From positions 196,624 through 260,623 of the forward strand of contig DYGA01000001.1 in the NCBI GenBank assembly GCA_020724865.1: a stretch of DNA of 64,000 nucleotides. The letters run 5' to 3'. Each line of letters opens with the position of its first letter. Position 1 is the stretch's first letter. The translations under genes and the position numbers were made by a program. This document shows positions 1 through 8,789 of the stretch, piece after piece. The notes beneath the pieces are model-generated. The model saw nothing but the letters and a program-made list of their open reading frames with translations, had not been told where the DNA came from and searched no databases. The DNA comes from Candidatus Paceibacter sp. GTDB taxonomy: Bacteria > Patescibacteriota > Patescibacteriia > S139-126.

Positions 1-2
1 AT

Positions 3-668
3 GTTTTTATGCTGTTATGGTTATTGGTAAATTTAAGTTTGATGATATTACCATTTCCATTTAGTAGTCGTTATACCCAAGGCCTGCACATAATTTTAGT
101 TTATTTCACTGTTGATGCTTTGTTATATATAAATTATTATCTAAAATTAAATTTCAGTAATATTTATAAAAAAATAATTAACGGCAATACCTTACTTTTT
201 AGTATAATATTTGTTTTATTTTTTTCTTTGAGTAATATTTTTCAATTGGTAAGAGATATTTATTATTTTACAGCTAAACCCAATCAGACCGGACAAATAT
301 TTTATTTAGAACAAGGTTTGATAAGTGCTTACAGTTGGCTTGAACAACAAGCAAAAAAAAAGGTAGTTTTGGCAGCAGATATTCCAGCAAAATTCACACC
401 AAGTTACTCTGGTCAGATTGCTTATGTCGCGCATGCCCACGAAACAATTTTTTATTACGCTAAAGCAGCTTATTTAAATTGGTTTTTTGCTGATAACAAT
501 AAAGAAAACGATGACAAAAAACACGCTTGGTTACAGCGTGAAGGTATTGATTATATTTTATATTCTCCGTATGAAAAAGAATTAGGTGATTTTCAACCGC
601 AAGAAAAAAATTATTTAAAACCAGTTTTTTCCAGTGGACAAACAACAGTTTATGAAGTTTTGCCTTAA
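3..668 (+). CDS. C-terminal part of a membrane protein; the gene continues upstream of the window. Function unknown, possibly the periplasmic C-terminal domain of a GT-C-type glycosyltransferase.
   Basis: The open frame runs from the window edge. A hydrophobic N-terminal segment is followed by a soluble C-terminal region. Its stop overlaps the convergent downstream gene through a TTAA palindrome. Confidence 0.4.
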   Translation, partial: VFMLLWLLVNLSLMILPFPFSSRYTQGLHIILVYFTVDALLYINYYLKLNFSNIYKKIINGNTLLFSIIFVLFFSLSNIFQLVRDIYYFTAKPNQTGQIFYLEQGLISAYSWLEQQAKKKVVLAADIPAKFTPSYSGQIAYVAHAHETIFYYAKAAYLNWFFADNNKENDDKKHAWLQREGIDYILYSPYEKELGDFQPQEKNYLKPVFSSGQTTVYEVLP

Positions 669-2488
669 GGTAAATTTATAGTTTCACTGATTGGAGTAGT
701 TTTTAACTCGGGACTAGTTCCTCGCCAACCGTCTATAGCAATATAGCCATCAATCTCTACAATTTTTAGAGATATTTTTTCATCAGGCATTATCGGCAGT
801 AAAGTGTTATAAAATTTTTCAGTTTCCCAAGTGCTAGTTGGATAAAAATACATTAAAGGCCTAAGATATGATTTTTTATGGTTGGTGGTAATTTGCAGAA
901 AATAATCAGCTGACACTTTTTCCTTTATTTGCCAAGTTAGTTTTATTAAATTGTTTTCCGTTTTGGTATTTAGAGAAAAGTTTCCTAAATCAATTTTATT
1001 GCCAGTAGTCACAGTATAATTATAAACTGATTCAAAATTTGAAGGTTGTTCGCTTATTTGCCAAAGCATTAAACTATGATTGAAATATTTTAATTCATAA
1101 TCAGCAAGCAATTTTCTGATGTTTCCAAATCCAGCGGGATAATACTGGTGATAAGATTTTGATTGGGGAAACTGTAGGGCATAATAAATCATGTCATCAG
1201 GATCTAGTACCAGATAATCAGGTTTTTGGTATTCGTATTTTTCTTGAGAAAATTGTTGGTGACCAGTAAAAATATAATGCAGGGAGTATAAATTTTGCCG
1301 GTTGGAAAGAGGTGTTAAGTATTTATAACCAGCCGCTACTTTAGCTTCGGAAGGAATAGTAGTTAATATTTTTTGTGGCCATAGTTTTTCAGGATTTAAA
1401 TTTCTTATTACTCCCCAAGCCGGACCCAAAAATAACAGTAAATAAATCAGCGTCACCACCACAATCAATTTTGTTAAGTTAATATCAAACCATAAAAATT
1501 TGTGCAGTTTATTGTTTTGGGTTTGGATATTTTTTAGTCCCCAAATAGAGCTAACAATTAAAGCCGGAATAAAAAGTGAGGCATAATGAGTATCAACTAT
1601 AATATTACTTCCCCCTGGTTCACCTAATATAAATTGAAATAGCGGACCAAAGGCTAAAATTAAATAATTTCCTGCCAGTAGTGGTAAAAATAAAAAAGCT
1701 AACAGTAGCCCCAATATCATTTCTATATTGCCGAGAGAAAAAAAATGCAAAATAAATTGCCATAAATTGGTATTAAGTAGCCATTCGTAATATACCTGAA
1801 AACGTGAACCCCCAGTTTGGAAATGACTTATTATTATATTAGCTACGACAAAATAACCCAAACTCATAAACAGCGGTGTCAAATACCACCGCAGCGATTT
1901 TTTTTCTATCAAACCCAGTAAAAAAAATCCGCCAACTGCTATAGCTACATCTTCTCTAACCAGTAGCGCCAGGATTAGAAAAATAAAATAATATTTATAA
2001 TTGTTTTTTAAATAAAAATAATAAGCACCAAGCAACAAGGGTATAGCCAAAGGCAACAGGTGCCATTCGTGGAGATTTATATTCCAAGCCAGGGAATTTA
2101 TCAACCAAGCCAAAGCCAAAACTACAGCCAGTTTTTGATTGATAATATTTTTGGCAATCAGATAAATCGGTATGGTGACGCTAGCTATGATAATACTTTG
2201 CCAGAGTAGTAAGTTGAGTGGGGAGGGCCAGAGCCAATAAAAGGGTAAAAGTATATAAAGTAGCGGTTCAAAATGATCAGCAAAATAGTTATGACCTTGG
2301 ATACTAGACCACCAGCCATTACCGGTCGCAGCATTGTAAAAAACATTATTATAAATAGCCAAATCCAAAGCATTGTAACCCAAGAGGTAATATTTATACC
2401 AGCCAATAGTTGTTAGTACTACTACATAGGCAAACATTCCCCAATGTAAGATATATTTTTTTTCTAAAATTTGGCTAAGTTTATTCAT
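665..2488 (-). CDS. Large polytopic membrane protein, DUF2079-like / GT-C-fold glycosyltransferase-like, 607 aa.
   Basis: It has 10 or more predicted TM helices in the N-terminal half. The motif LGYNALDLAIYNNVFYN is reminiscent of the D-x-[AG]-I-[FY]-[DN] signature of DUF2079/ArnT-like membrane glycosyltransferases. A large soluble C-terminal domain follows. Confidence 0.5.
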   Translation of the reverse strand: MNKLSQILEKKYILHWGMFAYVVVLTTIGWYKYYLLGYNALDLAIYNNVFYNAATGNGWWSSIQGHNYFADHFEPLLYILLPFYWLWPSPLNLLLWQSIIIASVTIPIYLIAKNIINQKLAVVLALAWLINSLAWNINLHEWHLLPLAIPLLLGAYYFYLKNNYKYYFIFLILALLVREDVAIAVGGFFLLGLIEKKSLRWYLTPLFMSLGYFVVANIIISHFQTGGSRFQVYYEWLLNTNLWQFILHFFSLGNIEMILGLLLAFLFLPLLAGNYLILAFGPLFQFILGEPGGSNIIVDTHYASLFIPALIVSSIWGLKNIQTQNNKLHKFLWFDINLTKLIVVVTLIYLLLFLGPAWGVIRNLNPEKLWPQKILTTIPSEAKVAAGYKYLTPLSNRQNLYSLHYIFTGHQQFSQEKYEYQKPDYLVLDPDDMIYYALQFPQSKSYHQYYPAGFGNIRKLLADYELKYFNHSLMLWQISEQPSNFESVYNYTVTTGNKIDLGNFSLNTKTENNLIKLTWQIKEKVSADYFLQITTNHKKSYLRPLMYFYPTSTWETEKFYNTLLPIMPDEKISLKIVEIDGYIAIDGWRGTSPELKTTPISETINLP

Positions 2489-2603
2489 AACCTAATCATA
2501 CTGACAAATTAAATCATTGACAAATGTAAAAAAATAAATTACATTAATATGATTTATAAAAGTAAATTAATAATCAAATAATAAAAATAAAACGGAGTGA
2601 GTC

Positions 2604-2990
2604 ATGAAAAAAATATTTATTTTGGTTGTTGCTTTATTGACAGTTGTTTTGTTGGTTGGTTGTGGTTCAACTGTTGAATATACACTCAAAACTTCCAACG
2701 GGGAAGTTAAAGGAAATTTAACAGCTTATAATGTTGAGGAACTTAATGCCACTACCAAGCAAGTTGGTACATTGATTACTATAACTGATTCAAGTTTGTC
2801 TTCATCTGACCGTGCTTTACAGCTTATGTATATTACATCAATGAAGGACAGAGAAGTCCAAATTATAGTTCCTTACGGAAATTATGGTGGCTATTATGGC
2901 TACCAGGGTTCAAGGCAACAAACTAAAGATATGGAAATCAATGCGCTGGTCAGATATCAGCAGTACAAACAAAAGCAAATGCAAAAATAA
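2604..2990 (+). CDS. Small lipoprotein (signal peptide with lipobox LVGC).
   Basis: The N-terminus MKKIFILVVALLTVVLLVGCGS is a classic type II signal peptidase lipobox. A GGAG ribosome-binding site precedes the ATG. Confidence 0.55.
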   Translation: MKKIFILVVALLTVVLLVGCGSTVEYTLKTSNGEVKGNLTAYNVEELNATTKQVGTLITITDSSLSSSDRALQLMYITSMKDREVQIIVPYGNYGGYYGYQGSRQQTKDMEINALVRYQQYKQKQMQK

Positions 2991-3001
2991 TTTTTCAAAA
3001 C

Positions 3002-3038
3002 AAAAAAGCGGAAAATTTTTTCCGCTTTTTATTTTTTT
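3002..3038. terminator. Bidirectional Rho-independent terminator between the convergent lipoprotein gene and the pilin array.
   Basis: The stem GCGGAAAA pairs with TTTTCCGC around a short loop. It is flanked by an A-run upstream and a T-run downstream. Confidence 0.6.
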
Positions 3039-3052
3039 ATAAACAAATAAAA

Positions 3053-3469
3053 TTAGTAAGGTTGATAAGTGGCATAGAGGATTGCTCTAAATATCCAAGT
3101 CGATAAAGCATAAGCTAGAATCACAATCAAAAGACCAATTGTGGCTTGGGTTAATATTTTTCTAGCTTTTTCAATTTGTTGATCATTGCCAGCTGCAGTC
3201 ATCCACAAAAACCCGCCATAGATAATTAGGATGGTAAATAAAATACCCAAAAAACCAAGTAAGGCATTGATAATCAAGGCTATCACCTCTCTAATGTCAG
3301 TATCAGCATTACCCAGTTCGGCAGCTGTCCCAGTGTCAATAATGCCTTGTTTGATTTTGGTACCAGCATTTTGTCCAGTAGTGGTAGCAAGTGTAGGTAA
3401 AGCCGTTGGTAGCATTAGTAATCCCAAAACAAATGTAGAAATTATAATTGTTAATATATTTTTTTTCAT
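3053..3469 (-). CDS. VirB2/TrbC-like pilin family protein, paralog 1 of 6.
   Basis: A signal peptide is followed by two TM helices flanking the conserved motif IIYGGFLWMTAAGNDQQIEKARKIL. Its size and topology are typical of T4SS (conjugative-type) pilins. Confidence 0.6.
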   Translation of the reverse strand: MKKNILTIIISTFVLGLLMLPTALPTLATTTGQNAGTKIKQGIIDTGTAAELGNADTDIREVIALIINALLGFLGILFTILIIYGGFLWMTAAGNDQQIEKARKILTQATIGLLIVILAYALSTWIFRAILYATYQPY

Positions 3470-3478
3470 ATTTTTAAC

Positions 3479-3856
3479 TTATCCCGTAGCAGAAAGTATT
3501 ACGTCAATTATAAATAAAGATAGGGCATAGGCCAGAATAACTATCAAAAGTCCCACTGTAGAGCTGGTCAAAATTTTTCTAGCTTTTTCAATTTGTTGAT
3601 CATTGCCAGCTGCAGTCATCCATAAAAAGCCGCCGTAGATAATCAAAACCAAAAAAATAGTTCCTATAAAACCTAGAGCATATTTGATAATTTCTCCAAC
3701 CAAAAAAGCGGGATTATCAGCTTCGGCTAGTTTAGCTTTTTGGTTGGTAGCTTGGGCAGTAGTTAGGGCATCTTGCAGTACAGAAGCTTTGACTAAACTG
3801 GGCCAAGTAAATATTAGACTAATAAAAAAATAAAATTTTACTTTTAGTTTATGCAT
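3479..3856 (-). CDS. VirB2/TrbC-like pilin family protein, paralog 2. The likely start is the internal Met MHKLKV; the ORF-track start at 3874 would overlap the upstream gene.
   Basis: Its motif IIYGGFLWMTAAGNDQQIEKARKIL is identical to paralog 1, while the N-terminal mature region differs. Confidence 0.55.
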   Translation of the reverse strand: MHKLKVKFYFFISLIFTWPSLVKASVLQDALTTAQATNQKAKLAEADNPAFLVGEIIKYALGFIGTIFLVLIIYGGFLWMTAAGNDQQIEKARKILTSSTVGLLIVILAYALSLFIIDVILSATG

Positions 3857-3857
3857 A

Positions 3858-4187
3858 TTATAAACCAGCATCAATCAAAGTTCTAAAAACAAATTGAGTA
3901 ATGGCAAAAGCCAAGACCACTACCAATAGCCCAATCGTTGATGAGCGAATTATTTTTTGGGCCTTTTGTACTTTTTCTTCATTACCCGCAGCCGTCATCC
4001 AAGTAAAGCCCGCATAAATAATCAACACCAAAAAAACTGTTCCCAAAATTCCCAACACAGAATTGATAATACCACCTACCACATCTGGTAGCGAGGGATT
4101 GGTGAGACCCGTTGCCTGTTGTGCGTCAGAAAGTTGTTGATCCATAGAGGGAATTTGGGCATATACTTGTTTAATAAATTTGATCAT
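3858..4187 (-). CDS. VirB2/TrbC-like pilin family protein, paralog 3. The likely start is the internal Met MIKFIKQ.
   Basis: It carries the motif IIYAGFTWMTAAGNEEKVQKAQKII and two TM helices. Confidence 0.55.
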   Translation of the reverse strand: MIKFIKQVYAQIPSMDQQLSDAQQATGLTNPSLPDVVGGIINSVLGILGTVFLVLIIYAGFTWMTAAGNEEKVQKAQKIIRSSTIGLLVVVLAFAITQFVFRTLIDAGL

Positions 4188-4189
4188 AA

Positions 4190-4819
4190 TTAATTGCAAT
4201 TATAAACACTGCCACAAAGTTCAGCGCAAGTAGCATTGGGTCTAAATAAATTTGGCGAAATACAACTGCTGCTAGTTTGACCATCGGTGCAATTATAGCT
4301 ATTTCCAACTGGTTGCAAACAAGCGCCGGTGGTAGTCGTATTTCCACCGCCAGAACTAGACGAAGATTTTTTATAAGCTTCAATAAAAAAGTTTGTTAAG
4401 GCGAAGGAGAGAAATACTAAAATAAACCCGACCACCGCACTACCTAATATTTTTGTGGCTTGTCTGACTTTTTCTTCATTGCCTCCAGCGGTCATCCAGG
4501 TGAACCCACCATAAATAAATAACACCAACATCACCACGCCAATAATACTTAAAATACCTCTTATTATAGTGCCAATTCTAGTTCCCAAAGAAACATCGGA
4601 TTTTATACCACCAATACCAGCGGCTTTGTCTAAATTGGACAGAGAATCTGCTTTGGCTAAAGTATAAAAAGTCGGAGAATTTGACTCAATAGCAGAAGCA
4701 CCAGTTACTTCAGCTGCTAAGGCAAATTGTCCACCAATAATCACGGCGGCTACCAAAATGATAGCCACCGTGATGTGGAATGTATAATCTTTTATTTTTT
4801 TATAAAAATAAAAATTCAT
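4190..4819 (-). CDS. VirB2/TrbC-like pilin family protein, paralog 4, with a Ser/Thr-rich linker and a Cys-rich C-terminal extension. The likely start is the internal Met MNFYFYKK.
   Basis: The core motif is FIYGGFTWMTAGGNEEKVRQATKIL. The C-terminal tail reads SSSSSGGGNTTTTGACLQPVGNSYNCTDGQTSSSCISPNLFRPNATCAELCGSVYNCN, with 7 Cys and several N-x-S/T sequons. Confidence 0.55.
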   Translation of the reverse strand: MNFYFYKKIKDYTFHITVAIILVAAVIIGGQFALAAEVTGASAIESNSPTFYTLAKADSLSNLDKAAGIGGIKSDVSLGTRIGTIIRGILSIIGVVMLVLFIYGGFTWMTAGGNEEKVRQATKILGSAVVGFILVFLSFALTNFFIEAYKKSSSSSGGGNTTTTGACLQPVGNSYNCTDGQTSSSCISPNLFRPNATCAELCGSVYNCN

Positions 4820-4827
4820 TACTGTAA

Positions 4828-5181
4828 TTATTGAGTAGCACCGATGATTACGCTGAAGATCCAAGTTGATAAGGCGTAAGCAATAATGATAATAAGCAAA
4901 CCAATAACGCCGGCGCTAATAATTTTCTTAGCTTGAGCAACTGCTTCTTCGTTGCCACCTGCAGTCATCCAACGGAAGCCACCTGCGATAATAATCAAAG
5001 TCACTACGATACCCAAAATTCCTAAAACTACATTGATAATACGAGCAATAGTTTCTCTGACGTCTTGTGTACCAAGACCAATTAAACTACCGTATCCTGT
5101 TCCAAATGGGTCAGTAGCCATTGCTGCAACTGGAGCTAATAAAAGTGACAAAAGACCAAAGGCTAATAGTTGTTTTTTCAT
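4828..5181 (-). CDS. VirB2/TrbC-like pilin family protein, paralog 5. It has its own strong RBS and a 117-nt upstream spacer, so it may be the major subunit.
   Basis: The motif is IIAGGFRWMTAGGNEEAVAQAKKII, with a signal peptide ending LLAPVAAMA. The sequence GAAAGGAGGTG lies immediately upstream of the ATG on the minus strand. Confidence 0.6.
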   Translation of the reverse strand: MKKQLLAFGLLSLLLAPVAAMATDPFGTGYGSLIGLGTQDVRETIARIINVVLGILGIVVTLIIIAGGFRWMTAGGNEEAVAQAKKIISAGVIGLLIIIIAYALSTWIFSVIIGATQ

Positions 5182-5298
5182 AATGTCACCTCCTTTCTAA
5201 AATTATATTTTTAAATCATACCTTTTACACTTTACACTAATTAGTGTCTAAGGTGATTTTATTATAACAGATATTATTTATTTTGTAAAGTTGATTTA

Positions 5299-5943
5299 TT
5301 AAGGTGAAGTGCGGCAACATTGAACAGTGGACCCGCCATTACATAAATTTGGCGTGCAAGTTCCATTACAACTTGTTGTGCAGTTTTCTAAACAGATACC
5401 AGCGTAATTGTAAGCGCAGACAGTATTGATAAGCGTATTATTTTCACCATTTTGACAAATATTATTGATACAAACATACACATTACCATCTGGTCCAGAA
5501 CAATTTGCACCATCAGGTTTACCTAAGCATTCCGAAGAAGTAGTATTGGAACTATTTGGATTTAGTTGGTATTGGCCTTTGACACCAATAAGTTTTTGTA
5601 AGTTAGATACAATTACATAGCTACCCAAAACAATTGCCAAACCAATCACAGTACCGACTAAGATATTGCGAGCGCGAGTAATTCGTTCTTGATTGCCACC
5701 GGAAGTAATAAACATCACCCCGCCAATGACCATTAACAGCAGTCCTGCTGCACCAAGATATTTAACTAAAAATAAATAAAAATTGGCAAACATTTGCACT
5801 AAATCAACCAAGTCGCATTTTTCTGCATTTCCTACCAAGCAATCATTCGGAATAATAGGTGAAGTTTGGGCAAAAGCTAAGCTAGGCAGAAAACCTAAGG
5901 CCAAAAACAGAAAAATAAAGAAAATATTTTTTTTAGTTTGCAT
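5299..5943 (-). CDS. VirB2/TrbC-like pilin family protein, paralog 6, with a long Cys-rich, sequon-rich C-terminal knob.
   Basis: The core is ITSGGNQERITRARNIL, with a TM helix on each side. The C-terminal ~85 aa contain about 16 Cys and the sequons NSSNTT, NCSG, NNTL, NCTT and NGTC. Its start overlaps the stop of the upstream SBP gene by 11 nt. Confidence 0.55.
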   Translation of the reverse strand: MQTKKNIFFIFLFLALGFLPSLAFAQTSPIIPNDCLVGNAEKCDLVDLVQMFANFYLFLVKYLGAAGLLLMVIGGVMFITSGGNQERITRARNILVGTVIGLAIVLGSYVIVSNLQKLIGVKGQYQLNPNSSNTTSSECLGKPDGANCSGPDGNVYVCINNICQNGENNTLINTVCAYNYAGICLENCTTSCNGTCTPNLCNGGSTVQCCRTSP

Positions 5944-7339
5944 AAGTTGGTTTAATATAAGTTTGTTTTAGTTGTTCGACGGTATTGCGCATTAGCATAT
6001 TAAGATCAGAAAAATTACCTTGGTTCACTGTGGCTATAAGTTGTTTAATAATTTCTTCAGCTGCAATTGGATTGTAACCCCGATACCAACTTTCCGCAGT
6101 TAATGCTTGTTGGGTAAAGACCGAAGAGTTTGGTTCCGCTTGCTGTTTGGCGATTAGTTCTTTTAATGCGGGAGCTTTGCCGGATTTGGTCAAATAAGTT
6201 TCATTGTATTCTGGTTTAGTGGTGGCAAATAAGATAAAATCCCAAGCCGTATCTTTGATTTGCTGCTCACCACGGGGAGATACTCCCAACAACCAGTAGT
6301 TAGCAAAATTATATTTTTTAGCCAAAGGATCAATTTGTGGCAAGGGGGCAATGCCAAAATCTATTTTTGGTCCGCGGGCTCTGATTAAGGGAGCGTGGTA
6401 AGAATAGCCAAACATCATTGCGGTTCGCCCTTGAGCAAATGCATCCAGTGAATTGGGAAAGGTTTGATTCCAGGTATAAACTTCTTTGATGGGATTGGCA
6501 AAATCCGTATAAAAAATTAGAGCTTGTTGGCCGGGATTGTAGTCTTGACTGCCGCCGGGTGGAATTTTGTCAAAAGCCGGCATGTTGTCCGCACCAATCA
6601 TCTGTGCGCCATTTTGCATCATCAGTACCGACAAAATATCTGTGCCCCGTTCCACATTATCAGCTCTGCCCATAGCCACTGCGCTCCTGACTATTTTATT
6701 ATCCGTATCCAGTCGAGTGAGTGAAAGTACATCTTGTTTAAATTCTGCCCAGGTAGAAGGTGGAGTAGCAATATTAGCATCACTGAATAAAGTTTTATTG
6801 TAGTAAAGCGCCAAGGTATCTAGACCCAAAGGTAAGGCATAAATTTTATTATCTCGAATGACATCGTCTTTGACAACTTTGACAAATTTTTCATCCACTT
6901 GAACTGGGGTGAGAGTGGGAAAATCTTTTAGTTCCCAAATAACCTCTTTCTTGAATGTTCCTTTTGTAGTTTGGATTGGTAAAGCTATGGTTTGTGGTAA
7001 AGGTTCTAATTTTGTTTGGTAAGCTGTCACCCAAGTATTATGTAACATAAAAATATCTGGACCTCTATTTTCTGCCCAAGCTTCCAGCAATGCTCGTTCG
7101 TACTCTTCAATGCGTAGTTTTCGATATTCAAAATTGACATTGGGTCGAGTTTTTTTATACTCGGTAAAAATATCTTGCAACAAATCTTGCTCATCCCATA
7201 CCCCCCAAATTTTTAAAGTGATAGGTTTAGCTGCTTTTTGCGCTTCGGGATCACCGCCTTTGCAACCCACTCCCAACAGCGGTAAAGATAACATAATTAT
7301 CGTCAGTCCAAAAAATTTTATTTTAGTTAAACTTTTCAT
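5933..7339 (-). CDS. ABC-transporter-type extracellular solute-binding lipoprotein (family 1, sugar-type). It is an orphan, with no permease or ATPase adjacent.
   Basis: There is a lipobox LLGVGCKGG. The overall length and the aromatic- and Gly-rich pattern fit family 1 substrate-binding proteins. It is translationally coupled to pilin paralog 6. Confidence 0.55.
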   Translation of the reverse strand: MKSLTKIKFFGLTIIMLSLPLLGVGCKGGDPEAQKAAKPITLKIWGVWDEQDLLQDIFTEYKKTRPNVNFEYRKLRIEEYERALLEAWAENRGPDIFMLHNTWVTAYQTKLEPLPQTIALPIQTTKGTFKKEVIWELKDFPTLTPVQVDEKFVKVVKDDVIRDNKIYALPLGLDTLALYYNKTLFSDANIATPPSTWAEFKQDVLSLTRLDTDNKIVRSAVAMGRADNVERGTDILSVLMMQNGAQMIGADNMPAFDKIPPGGSQDYNPGQQALIFYTDFANPIKEVYTWNQTFPNSLDAFAQGRTAMMFGYSYHAPLIRARGPKIDFGIAPLPQIDPLAKKYNFANYWLLGVSPRGEQQIKDTAWDFILFATTKPEYNETYLTKSGKAPALKELIAKQQAEPNSSVFTQQALTAESWYRGYNPIAAEEIIKQLIATVNQGNFSDLNMLMRNTVEQLKQTYIKPTYAN

Positions 7340-7349
7340 AAAACTACAT

Positions 7350-8234
7350 TTAGATTAATTTTTTTAGATAGGCTTTTAGATCTTTGCTTATCTCCTTATC
7401 TTTTAGTCCATAAGCAATATTGGCTTTCAACCAAGTCAGTTTGTTACCGGTATCATAGTATATGCCGTCAACAATTTTGGAATAAATTGGACGAGTTTTT
7501 CCCAAAGCATCCACAGCATCAACTAGCCACAGTTCATTGCCTTTGCCTAGTTTGGTTTTTTCTAAAATCGGGAAAATATCAGGAGTCAAAATATAACCGC
7601 CCAAATTAGCAATCAATGAAGGAGTTTTTTCTGGCCCTGGTTTTTCAATAATTTTTTCTATCTGATAAACCGTTGGTTCAACTTTTACGCCTTTGAGCAT
7701 GCCGTATTTGGCAGCATCGGCTCTAGGCACTTGGTAACCAGTTGTTACCGGATCGCCATATTTTTGAAAAACTTCAATTAGTTGCAATAACCTTGGTTTA
7801 TCAGGACAATCAAAAACTTCATCTCCCCATAACATAGCAAACGGTTCATTGCCTACAATCGGTTTGGCATTCAAGATTGGCGTTCCATTGCCATAAGGGC
7901 CTTTTTGTCTGATATAAATAAAATTCGCAAGACGCGAAATATTTTTTATTTTTTCATACAGATCTTTTTTAGCTGGACTGCTTTTTAAAATTTCTTCCAG
8001 TTCGGGTGAGCGGTCAAAGTGATCTTCACAGGCGCGTTTAGTATAAGAAGTAACAAAAATAATATCAGTAATACCTGAGGCAACCGCTTCTTCAACCACG
8101 TATTGCAAAATTGGTTTGTCCAATATTGGCAACATTTCTTTGGGAATGGCCTTGGTAGCTGGTAAAAATCTAGTTCCCAGTCCCGCAACAGGAATTACTA
8201 CTTTTCGGATTGGATGAGTAAATTTTTTGGTCAT
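7350..8234 (-). CDS. galU: UTP--glucose-1-phosphate uridylyltransferase.
   Basis: The N-terminal motif VIPVAGLGTRFLPATKAIPKEMLPILDKP and the downstream VDAV..LG pattern are hallmarks of the GalU family. Confidence 0.85.
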   Translation of the reverse strand: MTKKFTHPIRKVVIPVAGLGTRFLPATKAIPKEMLPILDKPILQYVVEEAVASGITDIIFVTSYTKRACEDHFDRSPELEEILKSSPAKKDLYEKIKNISRLANFIYIRQKGPYGNGTPILNAKPIVGNEPFAMLWGDEVFDCPDKPRLLQLIEVFQKYGDPVTTGYQVPRADAAKYGMLKGVKVEPTVYQIEKIIEKPGPEKTPSLIANLGGYILTPDIFPILEKTKLGKGNELWLVDAVDALGKTRPIYSKIVDGIYYDTGNKLTWLKANIAYGLKDKEISKDLKAYLKKLI

Positions 8235-8789
8235 GACAAACTATTAGTTTAATTTATTATAACAAAAATTACCAGTTTTATCCAAATTAAATAAAAAAAT
8301 AAAAAGATACTGTAATTCAAAAGTAACAGTATTTTTTAATATAGAAATTAGTTTAGTGTAAAATCTTGATAAAATACAATGAATTGCAAATGATACTTGT
8401 ACGTCTTTTTTATTTAGTTACAAACATAAAATCAAAAATTTTTTTTACAATTCCTTATTCAAACAGAAATCACTTTGCAAATTGGTGTAAAATTGAAAAA
8501 TAGTTTTGATTTAATCCTATTGTTTTGTTATTTAAAAAAACTTATATTTATTTTTATTATTGTTCAAATATTTAATTTATTCTTGTTTTTTATTCACGTT
8601 GATGCAAAATCATTCATTTTAACTTTACGCTTACTTTTTACAATTACCTTGTATTGGTCTTTTGTATTTGCTCTCATGATATCTTTCGGCATTTGTTTCG
8701 TTTTCCCTACATTATTTATTTTGTGATAACTATAAAAAAACAAATTTAACTAATGTAAAGATAAATTTTTACTTTTTTGTTTATTCAAT

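Noticed and set aside
665-668. A 4-nt overlap of convergent stop codons (TTAA) between the partial gene at 3-668 and the DUF2079-like gene.
   Set aside because: This is a real but trivial consequence of the palindromic TTAA, with no functional implication beyond compaction.
8475-8726. An 83-aa hydrophobic ORF (MQIGVKLKNSFDLILLFCYLKKLIF...) in the long galU-upstream gap.
   Set aside because: It is extremely Phe/Ile/Leu-rich, as expected from translating T-rich DNA. No convincing RBS is seen. It is kept only as a weak candidate in a finding and is not listed as a feature.
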